Of a stretch of DNA of 64,000 nucleotides, positions 9,262 to 19,944 are shown piece by piece. How positions within the stretch are numbered: the first letter of the stretch is position 1; every line of letters starts with the position of its first letter. Location of the stretch: positions 17,006 through 81,005 of the IMG/VR virus record IMGVR_UViG_3300029908_000016. The stretch is one strand, 5' to 3'. The position numbers and the translations under genes were made by a program. The notes under the pieces were generated by a model, which worked only from the letters and a program-made list of their open reading frames with translations, was not told the DNA's origin and did not search any database. The DNA comes from a virus.

Positions 9262-9855
9262 TTAATTATTGTCTTTTACATGGTGGCAAACACCGTGTTC
9301 ATCTGGAGCTTTCCATTTACGTGATTTATTCTTCTCCAGCTTTGATTTACAAGAGGCTAATATGCTTTCAGGTGTTAATCCCATTTTATTGGCATAATGT
9401 AATAGCAACATGAAACAATCAGCATATTCTTCTGCATCGTTATCGGAATTTTCAAGTTCTATCAATTCTCTACGTAAATGAGTGAGTATGGAATGTTTAT
9501 TAGCTTTAGTGAATGTAGCATTAGCCCATTCCATTTGCTCGTTAAAGTAGTTTTCAAATTTCGTAAGTGACTTATTTTCTATTTCTTCCGCAATTTTAAA
9601 ACAAAGATTAACGGCCACCTTAGATGCTTGCTCAGCGTTAAATACTTTGTTTCCTGTCCCCTCATGCCAACACATAGAAGCTGAGCCTATAGACTCAAAA
9701 ACGGTGTGGTATAAATCACTTGAAATACGATAATTAAGAGGTCTTTCCTTGATTGGAAGATTCATCGCTTCTTCCTTAGATAGTATTGTTTCAGTAAAGA
9801 AGCCCGATCCATCTGGTAAAACATGAATATTGTTGTTACAGGTTGTTGAATTCAT
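9262..9855 (-). CDS. dATP/dGTP pyrophosphohydrolase (DUF550-like) with extra N-terminal domain
   Basis: EWANATF...ILTHLRRELIELE...EEYADCFMLL...KNKSRKW...HHVK. Confidence 0.75.
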   Translation of the reverse strand: MNSTTCNNNIHVLPDGSGFFTETILSKEEAMNLPIKERPLNYRISSDLYHTVFESIGSASMCWHEGTGNKVFNAEQASKVAVNLCFKIAEEIENKSLTKFENYFNEQMEWANATFTKANKHSILTHLRRELIELENSDNDAEEYADCFMLLLHYANKMGLTPESILASCKSKLEKNKSRKWKAPDEHGVCHHVKDNN

Positions 9856-9864
9856 ATAATTTTG

Positions 9865-10143
9865 TTATAATTTATAATTGTGTAGGTCTTCGGGGCTTCT
9901 TTCAATAGCTCCATGCCGTTCCATAGCCGCTACACCTAAAGCAGTAATCTTTGTAATCATTTCCCTAGTGGTATAATGTGAATTACTTTTCAATAATGAT
10001 TGTTTAGCTTTCAAAAGATACAATTCCATATAAACCAAAAAATCACCAATTGATGTATTCTCGTCATCTCCATGTTGGGCTATCTGGTATTCTCTTTCCT
10101 TACGAAGAACAGCAAATACTTTTTCAATATCCGATCTATTCAT
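9865..10143 (-). CDS. MazG-like all-alpha protein
   Basis: ER.YQ...G and KITALGVAAME motifs. Confidence 0.55.
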   Translation of the reverse strand: MNRSDIEKVFAVLRKEREYQIAQHGDDENTSIGDFLVYMELYLLKAKQSLLKSNSHYTTREMITKITALGVAAMERHGAIERSPEDLHNYKL

Positions 10144-10447
10144 TGTCTACCTTCTTGTTCTTATATTCTTTGATAAGTTCTTTTAGATACCATTCTGCCT
10201 TTTCTAAATCTTGTAACCCGTTTTTTGATTTGTATCTCCAAAGATACTTTCGAACATTATTAATCAAAAAGCCTTCAAACTCTTCAGGTGTCGATAAGTC
10301 TCTCAATACGTCAATGCATTCATATTTAGAAGAATTATAATGGGAAGGATGATTAACGGCATCTGATTTTGTGAGGAGTTTAGGTGATTCGTTAGTATGT
10401 TCGTTGATATTCATGCCACTTACCTTTTTATAATATTTATTATTCAT
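10136..10447 (-). CDS. DUF3310 / T7 gp1.7-like nucleotide kinase
   Basis: DAVNHPSHY, ECID, N..KYLWRY..KNG.QDLEKAEWYL. Confidence 0.88.
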   Translation of the reverse strand: MNNKYYKKVSGMNINEHTNESPKLLTKSDAVNHPSHYNSSKYECIDVLRDLSTPEEFEGFLINNVRKYLWRYKSKNGLQDLEKAEWYLKELIKEYKNKKVDNE

Positions 10448-10677
10448 AAAAATTTTGGTTTATTTATTTCTAGCAACTGTGGTTGTAATTTTTGGTTAAA
10501 GGTTAAAATTCGGTGCCAGATGATTCCGGTGAATAATACTTTTATTCTTTCTAACCAAGACAGCTTCCAGCAAGCAATCAACTCACCATCAATATTTCTA
10601 AAACAAGGAAATGGTAAATAAGGCTGTTGATTTTTAGCAATCACAGTATTCATTTCTTTAAATTCAATAATTTTCAT
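10444..10677 (-). CDS. conserved small phage protein
   Basis: AKNQQPYLPFP...CWKLSWLERIKVLFTG pattern. Confidence 0.65.
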   Translation of the reverse strand: MKIIEFKEMNTVIAKNQQPYLPFPCFRNIDGELIACWKLSWLERIKVLFTGIIWHRILTFNQKLQPQLLEINKPKFL

Positions 10678-10929
10678 AATTCTTTATTCTCATCATCATT
10701 GTTATTCAATTCAAGCATATTTGAGCATTCTTCAAATTCACAGTAATCTAATCCTAATTGATAGGTTAAGGGTAACAAGTTCAGACATATTAGCGAAATG
10801 ATAAATCCCAACACATTACTATAGGCAAGAAGAGATATAACAAACAGCCCTACAGAAAAGATGAAATAAGTCATCCACAGCAAATATAACAATCTGAACA
10901 ATAATTTTTTCACATAACCTTTGATTGAA

Positions 10930-11832
10930 CTACAAAGTAATCCAATCAGGTTTCTTTGCAAGTACTTCTTTCAAATTTATGGTAGTAATATTTTCCTGAG
11001 GATGATCTTTACGTAATTGCCTCCAACTAGAATGGAAATTGGATTCCACGATTTTCGGATTATCATAATCGTAAATATTGAATGCTTGAGCTACATGTTC
11101 TAAAGCTGAAGCATGTAAAGGTGTTTGACCAACCAAACGATTATATAGTTCTAAGTCTTTATCCACATTTCTTTTACCGTCATGCGTAAGGTAAGATACT
11201 CTAGCACATCTAGCAGCACTGATTTTTGATAAATTTGAAAAATCAGGATTATCCTTAGTATTCAATACGTCTGATAATTCGTCATTTTGTATATACGGTA
11301 AATGCCATTCTTTCCATTTTAATTGTTTAGGGATTGAATTCAAATAAGAATTTAACATTCGATAAGCTAGTACCTGAAATTCAGGTTGAGCCATTGGATG
11401 CGCCCGCAAGGAGAAGAAGTTGTTAAAGTATGTACCTGTGCAAACAACTGTGATATGTGACCATGGTTCAAGTACACGATTGGCGATTTGTTTATGGACA
11501 TCGAGTTTATTTAAAGTCCAGGCAATAGCCACTCCAAACCACCTTGATTCTTTCCAAACGAATTGAGCTATTTTTTTAGCTAATCCCGTTAATTCTGAAT
11601 TAGCCTGCATACCCTTCTCATTAGCCCCCCAGAATTCTGGAACAGCTGGTTCATTGATTACAGCTTTAATCATCTTATGAATTGGTATTGCTCTACTGCT
11701 AGCAGCATTACGTGACAATGCTCGATGGGTCATTATTTCACTATGAATATAACGAGGGTAGGTAATTTCAAAAGTAGTTAACCTTACACCAATTGGATTA
11801 ATTGAATCACAGATTATTTTTGCTTTGATCAT
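10930..11832 (-). CDS. thyX: flavin-dependent thymidylate synthase
   Basis: PRYIHSEIMTHRALSRNAASSRAIP, HKQIANRVLEP, AQPEFQ, SAARCARVSY, HASALEH. Confidence 0.9.
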   Translation of the reverse strand: MIKAKIICDSINPIGVRLTTFEITYPRYIHSEIMTHRALSRNAASSRAIPIHKMIKAVINEPAVPEFWGANEKGMQANSELTGLAKKIAQFVWKESRWFGVAIAWTLNKLDVHKQIANRVLEPWSHITVVCTGTYFNNFFSLRAHPMAQPEFQVLAYRMLNSYLNSIPKQLKWKEWHLPYIQNDELSDVLNTKDNPDFSNLSKISAARCARVSYLTHDGKRNVDKDLELYNRLVGQTPLHASALEHVAQAFNIYDYDNPKIVESNFHSSWRQLRKDHPQENITTINLKEVLAKKPDWITL

Positions 11833-11835
11833 ATT

Positions 11836-12048
11836 TTATAGTTTTATGGAAGGAGTTAAATAGGCTATCTCTTCTTTTGTACTTGTAAGTCTAATGCGGT
11901 TGTAGTATCTGGTTATTAATTCGGTTTCTGCCTTGAACCAATCATTCCAGTCGTCACCATCTGGTTTATTGCGTTCTTCCCATAGCTTATGAGCGTAATG
12001 TTTAATATCGTGATGCTTTGGATAATGATTGTTTAGTATTTTTAGCAT
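11836..12048 (-). CDS. DUF2934-like protein
   Basis: I..YAH.LWEER..PDG....DWFKAE. Confidence 0.75.
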   Translation of the reverse strand: MLKILNNHYPKHHDIKHYAHKLWEERNKPDGDDWNDWFKAETELITRYYNRIRLTSTKEEIAYLTPSIKL

Positions 12049-12144
12049 AAATTGTATGTCTGTATAAAAAGATATATTTGATCATTTGAATAAAATAATA
12101 GTATAGTTCAACTATAAAAAATTTTATCAGCTTAATATTTCTAT

Positions 12145-12453
12145 TCATATATCCCCGTTTTCCATCATTTTATTTGTTTCGTAAATATTTACTTTACGGC
12201 GAATGAATTCCTGTTTTACGCATTCCAATACACCTACCAATGTATTTGCTTTAGTGTAAGATTGATTGTTATCAAAGATTGTCCAAATGATTTTTGAAAT
12301 GAAATAATTAAGTTCTCCAGGTGTAAAGTCCATTCCATCATTTAATCCCGCAATAATAGGGTCTAGAATTGGGCTTAATTTGTCTCGTTCTTCTTTTTTA
12401 ATGTAAGGCATAAGTAATGTGTATGTGAGTTGATAACCAGATGATAATATCAA
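12145..12453 (-). CDS. conserved phage protein (probable start MPYIKK)
   Basis: MPYI...R, PGELNY, GVLECVKQEF.RR...YE..K..ENGDI. Confidence 0.7.
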   Translation of the reverse strand: MILSSGYQLTYTLLMPYIKKEERDKLSPILDPIIAGLNDGMDFTPGELNYFISKIIWTIFDNNQSYTKANTLVGVLECVKQEFIRRKVNIYETNKMMENGDI

Positions 12454-12741
12454 TAAGCTTCCAAATACCTAGCGGTATGAATATTAATAATAGTATAGCC
12501 ATTAAGAAAAATAGTGATATAGCTACACTAATAAAATCGGATAATGATCGAAAATCCATATTAATTTTTAAAGAAGTATTGACGATTTAAACAATTCCTA
12601 CGTAATGTCTTTCGTTTACGAGGAGGTAATATTGGCGATTCATCCAATATGGATTTACGTTTACCAAATATATCCTCGTAATTGTCTCTGTATTTTTCTA
12701 AGTCGATTGCTCGTGCTGCGTCTCTTGATCCTGCCATATAT

Positions 12742-12951
12742 TTATTTTGTTGATTGATAAATTGTTAATACTATAAAAAAAGGCCAAAATACCCAAATAA
12801 TCAAAAATGCTGAAATCACAACAAAATTGGTTATCAATTCATAAAAGCTCGTAAACCCTAATTCTTCAGTAAAATAACCTCTTTCGACTTCTGCGTTAAT
12901 AAACAGAAAAATAGTTATTATCACCCCAATTAGGAAATACAGTTCTATCAT
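12742..12951 (-). CDS. small membrane protein
   Basis: Two hydrophobic stretches, WP motif. Confidence 0.55.
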   Translation of the reverse strand: MIELYFLIGVIITIFLFINAEVERGYFTEELGFTSFYELITNFVVISAFLIIWVFWPFFIVLTIYQSTK

Positions 12952-13166
12952 GAGTATTGTTCTTTGAACCTTTTGATCTCTCTTCCAAACTGTCCAATAC
13001 GCTTTTCTAATTCTGCCAATAAATTAGTATTTTTTGGACGTTCTGTTTTTGCTTTCTTTAATTCGTCTTCCAGCCATTGACGTACTTTTTGGAACATTTC
13101 CTTTTGGAATTTAATATCTTTTGTCATGCTGTAAAGTATATCCGATTAGTAAATTGTCAAATGAGA

Positions 13167-16100
13167 TTACGAGCATTTTGTCCAACCACATTCTTTACAT
13201 TTAACACACCCACTTTCTCGTACAAGCGTACCAGATTCTTCACAAGAAGGACATTCCTCTCCCTTTACCAAAGTTCCATCCTTGATATATTTTTTTAGAT
13301 TACGGGCAACGACCTTAGCAAAGCTTTGCATGTCTCCCTTTGTCTTTTCTAATTGATGTACGATAAACGATACGTCAGAGCCATGTCTGAGAGCGGTGGA
13401 AAGTATACGTGTCAATGCGTCTATATCCTCGTGCTTGGCTATATCGTTAAGTTGTACTTCTAATTCGTTAACTACTAAGAAGTATTGCCCTCTAGCTTTT
13501 TTGACTGTTTTCCCTTCTTTAATATCGGAGGGTATAACATCGTTTAAATTTCTACCCGTAAAGACTTCATAAGGCTTGTTGTGCATTAATCCCACTACTA
13601 CGTAAAACTGCTCACCTTTTATTCTAGAATGATAAACATCACAAGATAGCTCTTTTGGTCGTTTAATTACATTAGAGGGTTTAATTTCTTCAGTTTTGTT
13701 TTGGACTAAAACACCCGTTCTACAACCGTCACGATAAACAGTAACACCTTTCAAACCATGCTCCCAAGCGGCTGTATATATTTCGGAAATTTTAGACTCC
13801 TCTACATCGTTTGGTAAATTTAATGTACTGGAAATGGCATGGTCGATGTTCTGTTGGGCAACTGCTTGTAGTTTTACACGTTTAATCCAGTCGATGTCTT
13901 CAGCACAATTGCCAAACCAAGGAGATTTTTTCCAATCGGTTTCTCCAGTCACCTCCATCCACAGTTTTAATTTAGGATGGTAGACCTCAAATTCTTGCCA
14001 GCAGTCACCATTCTGATCGATGAAATCTACTTTGCCGTGTTTATCGCTTGGGTTGATTTTCTTGCGACGGGTATAAGGCTTAATTGTGTACACTGGTTCA
14101 ATGCCTGAAGATGTTTGTGTAAGTATGCTTACCGACCCAGCAGGTGCGATAGTTAAGTTGGCTATATTCCTACGACCATACTTTGAAATATTATTGTATA
14201 ATTCAATGTTTTCTTCTTTGATCTTTAGTAGGAACGCCGAGTTCTTTTCTTTTTCCCAATTCCAAATTGGAAATGCTCCAATCTCCTTCGCCATTTCCAT
14301 AGATGATTGAAACGAAGCGAGTTTCATTGCCTTATGAATGTCTCCTACGTGTTTAATTGCTTCTTCACTACTATAAGGAATATTTAAGGCCGCTAACGCA
14401 TCTCCCTCTGCTGTAATGCCCAATCCTGTTCTACGACCTTTCAAGCATTTATCTTTAACTTTAGTCCACACGTATAACTCTTCTGCTTTTACCGTATCAC
14501 TTTCAGGGTCATCTTTAATTTTGTTGATGATTGCTTCGATCTTTTCAAGTTCTAGGTCTACCAAGTCATCCATTAAACGTTGAGCAACCTTGGTATATTC
14601 TATAAACTTTTCAAAATCAAAACTGGCTTCTTTAGTGAATGGATTGGTTATAAAGCTAAAAAGATTAATTAGCAGTAATCGACAGCTATCGAATTCACAT
14701 AACCCAATCTCTGAACAATTACTAATATTAAACCCTTCGCACCAAAAGGTATGTGAGTCGTTATCTACCGTAATATCCCATACTTCTTCTGTTGCAACAA
14801 ATTGTTTAGATATAATTTCCTTATTAATAACCTCGGGTTTATCACACAAAACCTTAGATAGATTGTTCATTCTTTCTTGTTTATCTAATTGAATAAATCC
14901 AACCATTTGTGCAAATAACCATTTGTCTCTTGTGATATTCAGGTCATAACTCTGTTTGCATAGATATGTGCCGTTTGTAAACGTAACATTCTTTTGTTTA
15001 TTAACAGTATAATAAGACGCAATACCTAAAGAATTAAGCATGAGTTGTACAGTCTGTATTACTTCAAATGAAGCAGCTTTTAAAGTAATTCTCCCCCCTG
15101 CGATACTTCCGTTTGCTGAATAAAGCCCACGTAAAAATCCACATTTCTTACTCCTACTTCCATAAATAAATCTATCAGGAATTATTCTTTTAAATGTGAG
15201 AGGTATTTCTAAATCCGTAATAGTTGTAGTTATATGCCAAGCGCAATCTTGTATAGTGTAGGCATCCTCATGAATTAAATGACTTATTTCACTTTGAAAA
15301 TAGTCTTTATCTTTTTCTCCAATACATAATAGTTTATTTTTAGAAGCTTTATGATATGTACCGTCTCCTATAACTAGTCCGTCCATAATATCTTGAGGGT
15401 CTAATATAATTTCTTTTTCATAAGAAACACCTCGCAGGATATCTATACCTTCGGCGTCTTTGGCTTGTACCTTCTTACCTTTAAATACAAGTTCGTGATT
15501 TTCCGTACAAGTAATGGACCCATGAGTCGTGCTATATTTATAAGTATCTTTAATGCCTGTTTTGAATTTATTTATAACATTCGTCCAACCTTCCGAAGAC
15601 CAAATTTTATCCCCTATTTTGATATCTCTTAGTTGTTTTATTCCTTCTTTTGTTAGAAGATGTGTGCTTAAAGGCAGGCAAGGATTCGTAGACACTGTTT
15701 TGAACCCTTCGTCAGCATAACAATCGACAGCATTATAGTTAGTAATTCTATCCCAGAATAGAATTCCTGGCTCTGCCCGTAACCAAGCGGAGTTAATAAT
15801 CAATTTCCAGATATGAGAAGCTCTTACTTTTTTACTAATTAAAGGAGTTATACCCTTTTCTTTATAGTCTACTGGAAAACATTGTTCGTACTCTTCATCA
15901 TTCTTTAAAGCATTTAAAAAGTCGTCGGTTAATCTCACCGATATATTAGCCCCTGTTACTTCCTTATCGTCATTTTTTATAGTTATAAATTGTTCTATAT
16001 CAGGATGATGAACAGACAGTGTAAGCATTAAGGCCCCTCGTCTACCATCTTGACAGACTTCACGAATACTATTAGAATACCTACGCATCCAACTTACAAT

Positions 16101-16583
16101 CCCTGTGGAAGTCCTGGCTGCATTGCTGGTTAGTGTACCACTTGGGCGTAAGTTACTTAAATCCGTACCGTTACCCCCTCTTCTCTTACTTATTTGTACT
16201 AGCTGCTGGTCGGTCTTCATGATTCCTCCATAGGAGTCAGTTGGAGATTCCACAACAAAACAATTGCTAAGAGAAACAATTTGATGGTTGTTTCCAATTC
16301 CGTTCATTGGGCTACCTTGAGGCACTAAATATTTAAACTTATCAAAATAACTAAATATTTCTTCTTCTGTGTAAGGAGCTTTAAATTTAGTCTTTTCTAT
16401 TCTTGCGAATTCTTTAGCCAGTCTCCAATGCATGTCTGTAGGCGATTGTTCTAATAACTCTTGGTTGTTATTTCTTAAAGCGTACTTATCAATAAATACT
16501 TTGGCTGCTAATTCATCTCCTTTGAAATACTCAAGAGATTTTTCAAAAGCTTCCTGATAACTAAAAACTGTTGCCATGCACAT
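13167..16583 (-). CDS. nrdJ: class II (AdoCbl-dependent) ribonucleotide reductase with intein
   Basis: LSNCFV, RRGALM, TNPC..CSEI interrupted by intein, GRRTGLG, TIAPAGS, SSGIEP, KGVTVYRDG, C-terminal Zn ribbon CPSC...CKECGWTKC. Confidence 0.93.
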   Translation of the reverse strand: MCMATVFSYQEAFEKSLEYFKGDELAAKVFIDKYALRNNNQELLEQSPTDMHWRLAKEFARIEKTKFKAPYTEEEIFSYFDKFKYLVPQGSPMNGIGNNHQIVSLSNCFVVESPTDSYGGIMKTDQQLVQISKRRGGNGTDLSNLRPSGTLTSNAARTSTGIVSWMRRYSNSIREVCQDGRRGALMLTLSVHHPDIEQFITIKNDDKEVTGANISVRLTDDFLNALKNDEEYEQCFPVDYKEKGITPLISKKVRASHIWKLIINSAWLRAEPGILFWDRITNYNAVDCYADEGFKTVSTNPCLPLSTHLLTKEGIKQLRDIKIGDKIWSSEGWTNVINKFKTGIKDTYKYSTTHGSITCTENHELVFKGKKVQAKDAEGIDILRGVSYEKEIILDPQDIMDGLVIGDGTYHKASKNKLLCIGEKDKDYFQSEISHLIHEDAYTIQDCAWHITTTITDLEIPLTFKRIIPDRFIYGSRSKKCGFLRGLYSANGSIAGGRITLKAASFEVIQTVQLMLNSLGIASYYTVNKQKNVTFTNGTYLCKQSYDLNITRDKWLFAQMVGFIQLDKQERMNNLSKVLCDKPEVINKEIISKQFVATEEVWDITVDNDSHTFWCEGFNISNCSEIGLCEFDSCRLLLINLFSFITNPFTKEASFDFEKFIEYTKVAQRLMDDLVDLELEKIEAIINKIKDDPESDTVKAEELYVWTKVKDKCLKGRRTGLGITAEGDALAALNIPYSSEEAIKHVGDIHKAMKLASFQSSMEMAKEIGAFPIWNWEKEKNSAFLLKIKEENIELYNNISKYGRRNIANLTIAPAGSVSILTQTSSGIEPVYTIKPYTRRKKINPSDKHGKVDFIDQNGDCWQEFEVYHPKLKLWMEVTGETDWKKSPWFGNCAEDIDWIKRVKLQAVAQQNIDHAISSTLNLPNDVEESKISEIYTAAWEHGLKGVTVYRDGCRTGVLVQNKTEEIKPSNVIKRPKELSCDVYHSRIKGEQFYVVVGLMHNKPYEVFTGRNLNDVIPSDIKEGKTVKKARGQYFLVVNELEVQLNDIAKHEDIDALTRILSTALRHGSDVSFIVHQLEKTKGDMQSFAKVVARNLKKYIKDGTLVKGEECPSCEESGTLVRESGCVKCKECGWTKCS
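14718..15680 (-). mobile_element. intein with LAGLIDADG-type homing endonuclease (321 aa)
   Basis: Begins CLPLSTHLLT after TNP; block B TENH; DOD motifs GLVIGDG and FLRGLYSANG; block F VWDITV; ends ISN before catalytic Cys of CSEI. Confidence 0.92.
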
Positions 16584-16724
16584 CCTTTTCTTGATTGTTG
16601 TGAACCCTTATTCTTACTGAACTTTCATTTAAAATCCAGCCTTTTAAAGGAAAACAATCTACTTCTTCTTGTTCTTTACGCAACTGATTTTTTCAACTAA
16701 GATTAGATAAGGAGAACTGTATTC

Positions 16725-17477
16725 ATGGCTCGAAAATTAAAGAATGGCTGGCTTCCTGACCTACCGGACCACAGGGACTATTCTGTAGACTATGAGAGAA
16801 TAGTCGATCTACCCTCTGTCATAGATTTACGAGCATCTATGCCTCCTGTCTATGATCAACAAGACAGTTCAAGTTGTACAGCTAACGCTATAGCGGGAGC
16901 AATTGAACATCAATTGATTACGCAAAAGTTAGAAGAGTTTACACCCTCTCGCTTGTTTATTTATTACAACGAAAGAGCTTTAGAAAATAGTGTTACTTCC
17001 GATAGTGGGGCACAAATCAGAGATGGTATCAAAACTGTAGTTTCTGCAGGTGTTTGTGCTGAAAAAGAGTGGCCTTTTGATTTGACTAATTTATTTACCA
17101 AACCGAATGATAATTGTTATGTAGAGGCTAAAAAGAATATTGTAGAAAGTTATACTCGATTAGGACAAAATTTACCCACATTAAAATCAGCATTAATTAA
17201 AGGTTATCCTATTGTTTGCGGTATAACTTTGTATAACTCATTTGAATCCGATGATGTAGCTAAGTCCGGTATTGTACCTCTCCCTTCTAAAAAGGAAGAA
17301 TGTCTAGGAGGTCATGCTGTTTTGATTTGTGGTTATAACGATGCGAATCATTCTTTTATAGTAAGAAATAGCTGGGGAGCAGATTGGGGTATGGGGGGTT
17401 ATTTTTCTCTTCCTTACGATTACATATTGAATAATGACCTAGCTTCGGATTTCTGGGTTATTAAGCTTGTTTCTTAA
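16725..17477 (+). CDS. papain-like C1 cysteine peptidase
   Basis: DQQDSSSCTANA, SRLFIYYNER, GGHAV..CGY, RNSWG..WG.GGYF. Confidence 0.92.
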   Translation: MARKLKNGWLPDLPDHRDYSVDYERIVDLPSVIDLRASMPPVYDQQDSSSCTANAIAGAIEHQLITQKLEEFTPSRLFIYYNERALENSVTSDSGAQIRDGIKTVVSAGVCAEKEWPFDLTNLFTKPNDNCYVEAKKNIVESYTRLGQNLPTLKSALIKGYPIVCGITLYNSFESDDVAKSGIVPLPSKKEECLGGHAVLICGYNDANHSFIVRNSWGADWGMGGYFSLPYDYILNNDLASDFWVIKLVS

Positions 17478-17479
17478 GC

Positions 17480-19942
17480 ATGAAACCTATTCCTCCATAT
17501 GGTGAAGGCTTTGGTAAATGGAAGCCCAACAGTAGACAAGAATTACATTTATCATTATTGAAAAGTTTCAAGAAGCATATGAATAGTCCTGATGTTCAAC
17601 ATGTACAAAGTTGGCATGAAAAAGATTTAAGTAAGCTAAAAAAAGAATCTATTGATTTAGCTAAAGAAGAAATGTTTTCAAAAAAAGAATTGGGTGATGT
17701 AAATACCTATATTCTTGGTAAAGATGAATTAGAGAAACCTAGAGAATTATCAGAAGAAGAGAAGAATAGAATAAATCTTCGTAAACGAATAGGGTGGACT
17801 TTGTTTGATCCATTGGTGACCAATCAAAAGATGGACGCTACTCAGATTATTCAAAATCCTATTTATCGAGGGGCTTTAAATACTGTAGGAACAGCTACTC
17901 CTGCTTTTATAACTGGAACGATGATGGGTGCAGGGCTAGTGTCCTTGCTAGCTAAGAAGCCTAGCCTTTTAAAAACTTTAGGAACGGGGTTAGCCACAGG
18001 TACGTTAGCCGCCTTACCTTCTACTTTAAACATTCACGACAACTACAAAAAGCAAAAACTGTATAACGATATAACTGAAGAGTTCATTAAACACCATCCA
18101 GAAGGACAGATAACGACAATGCCAACAATTCTAAAAGATATGTTGGATAAACCAAGATCGGTTAGTAAACTAAAATTAGATAATAAGAAAATTGTTAAAA
18201 AATCGGATGATCAATGGGAACACGTTTATCATTCTAGAGAAAAAGGCTTTGAAAAAATGCCTTGGCAACACCGAGTAGGGTTAAGGATAGGTGAAAATCC
18301 GTATAGGATGGTATCTGCGATTTCAGGTGGTCTGAACCTTCCGTTATCATTATATGAAGGGTTTAAAACACATGCGAGTAAGAAACAAGAATATAATGAT
18401 CTAAAAGACAGATTTGAGCAGAGAATGAAAAAGAAACGGGAAGCTGAAGTATTTCTTACAAAAGTCAAAACACCAATTTATAAAAAACATCATGGTCAGA
18501 AAGAAAAGATTAAAGATTTTGATAATTTGTTTAAGACTTCGGTAGATAAAGAGCCACTGTTAGAACATCAGAAACGAGTTGTAGAACGGTTATCTAAATC
18601 TGATCAACCAGGCTTAATATTGATGCATGGTTTGGGGTCAGGAAAAACGAGATCTAGTATTGAAGCCTACAAATCATTAGGATTACCTACCGAAGCAATT
18701 GTACCCGCTGCTCTAAAAGGTAATTTCGAAAAGGAATTACATAAATGGGTAGGTAAACATCCAAAAGACTTGGATATTACTTCTCAGCAAGAAATAGCAC
18801 GTAATGGTCTACCCGAACATGCGTTAGATGGTAAATTGATGATTGTTGACGAAGCTCATCGTTTGCGTAATGAAGATACCAAACTTTATAAAAATCTCAA
18901 GACACAGAATCCTGCTAAGCGTTTATTGTTATCTGGAACTCCAATTTATAATAACCCATCGGATATATCAAAATTAATTAATTTAGCAGCTGGTAAAGAT
19001 ATTCTTCCAGAACGTAAGCCGGAATTTGAACAGGAATATATTGGTCAACGGACAGTATTTCCTACTCTAGTGCATCGCATGTTAGGTGTAAGTCCAGGGC
19101 AGGAACAGTATGTTAAAAATCCTGAATATCTAAAAAAAGTATTTCATAAGTTAATTGATTATCACGCTGGTAATTCTGAAGGATTCCCTGATGTTAAGGA
19201 AGAACGTATCAATGTACCAATGGGTAAAGATCAACAGCATATATACAAAGCTTTGATGAAAGATTTACCATGGTATTTAAGATTAAAAGTATCTGCTGGA
19301 TTACCTCCTGATAAGAAAGAGTTGGATAAACTGATACCATTCCTATCAGGTGCAAGAATGATTTCAAATTCAACTTCAGGATTCAAGAAAGATAATACGG
19401 AAATTGAATCTCCAAAAATTGATAAAGCTGTAGAATATCTAAAGCAGAAAATGCAGGAAGATCCTGAATATAAAGGTGTAGTTTATTCAAATTACTTAAA
19501 TAATGGTGTAAATGAATATAAACATAAGTTAGATGAAGCAAAGATACCTTACGGGGAATTTACTGGTGAGATTAATGAAAAGAAAAGAAATCAGTTAGTC
19601 AAAGATTACAATGCTAATAAAATAAAAGCGTTATTACTATCATCGGCTGGAGGAGAAGGTTTGGATTTGCGCGGGACAAGATTAATCCAAATTTTAGAAC
19701 CACATTTTAATAATCCTAAAGTTGATCAAGTAATTGGTAGAGCAGCTAGATATAAATCACATGAAGGATTAGCTAAGGACAAACAAAATGTGTTAGTACA
19801 ACGATATTTTTCTACATTAAATCCTGGTATGCTTGATAAGTTAAGAGGCAAGAAACCTACAAGTTCCGATGAATATCTTCAAAATCTAGCCGATCAAAAA
19901 ACTCAATTGAATAATGAGTTTATCAATCTAATAAAAAATTAA
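17480..19942 (+). CDS. SNF2-like SF2 helicase with long modular N-terminal extension
   Basis: HGLGSGKT, IVDEAH, LSGTP, GGEGLDL, QVIGRAAR; N-terminus has Gly-rich hydrophobic segments. Confidence 0.88.
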   Translation: MKPIPPYGEGFGKWKPNSRQELHLSLLKSFKKHMNSPDVQHVQSWHEKDLSKLKKESIDLAKEEMFSKKELGDVNTYILGKDELEKPRELSEEEKNRINLRKRIGWTLFDPLVTNQKMDATQIIQNPIYRGALNTVGTATPAFITGTMMGAGLVSLLAKKPSLLKTLGTGLATGTLAALPSTLNIHDNYKKQKLYNDITEEFIKHHPEGQITTMPTILKDMLDKPRSVSKLKLDNKKIVKKSDDQWEHVYHSREKGFEKMPWQHRVGLRIGENPYRMVSAISGGLNLPLSLYEGFKTHASKKQEYNDLKDRFEQRMKKKREAEVFLTKVKTPIYKKHHGQKEKIKDFDNLFKTSVDKEPLLEHQKRVVERLSKSDQPGLILMHGLGSGKTRSSIEAYKSLGLPTEAIVPAALKGNFEKELHKWVGKHPKDLDITSQQEIARNGLPEHALDGKLMIVDEAHRLRNEDTKLYKNLKTQNPAKRLLLSGTPIYNNPSDISKLINLAAGKDILPERKPEFEQEYIGQRTVFPTLVHRMLGVSPGQEQYVKNPEYLKKVFHKLIDYHAGNSEGFPDVKEERINVPMGKDQQHIYKALMKDLPWYLRLKVSAGLPPDKKELDKLIPFLSGARMISNSTSGFKKDNTEIESPKIDKAVEYLKQKMQEDPEYKGVVYSNYLNNGVNEYKHKLDEAKIPYGEFTGEINEKKRNQLVKDYNANKIKALLLSSAGGEGLDLRGTRLIQILEPHFNNPKVDQVIGRAARYKSHEGLAKDKQNVLVQRYFSTLNPGMLDKLRGKKPTSSDEYLQNLADQKTQLNNEFINLIKN

Positions 19943-19944
19943 TT

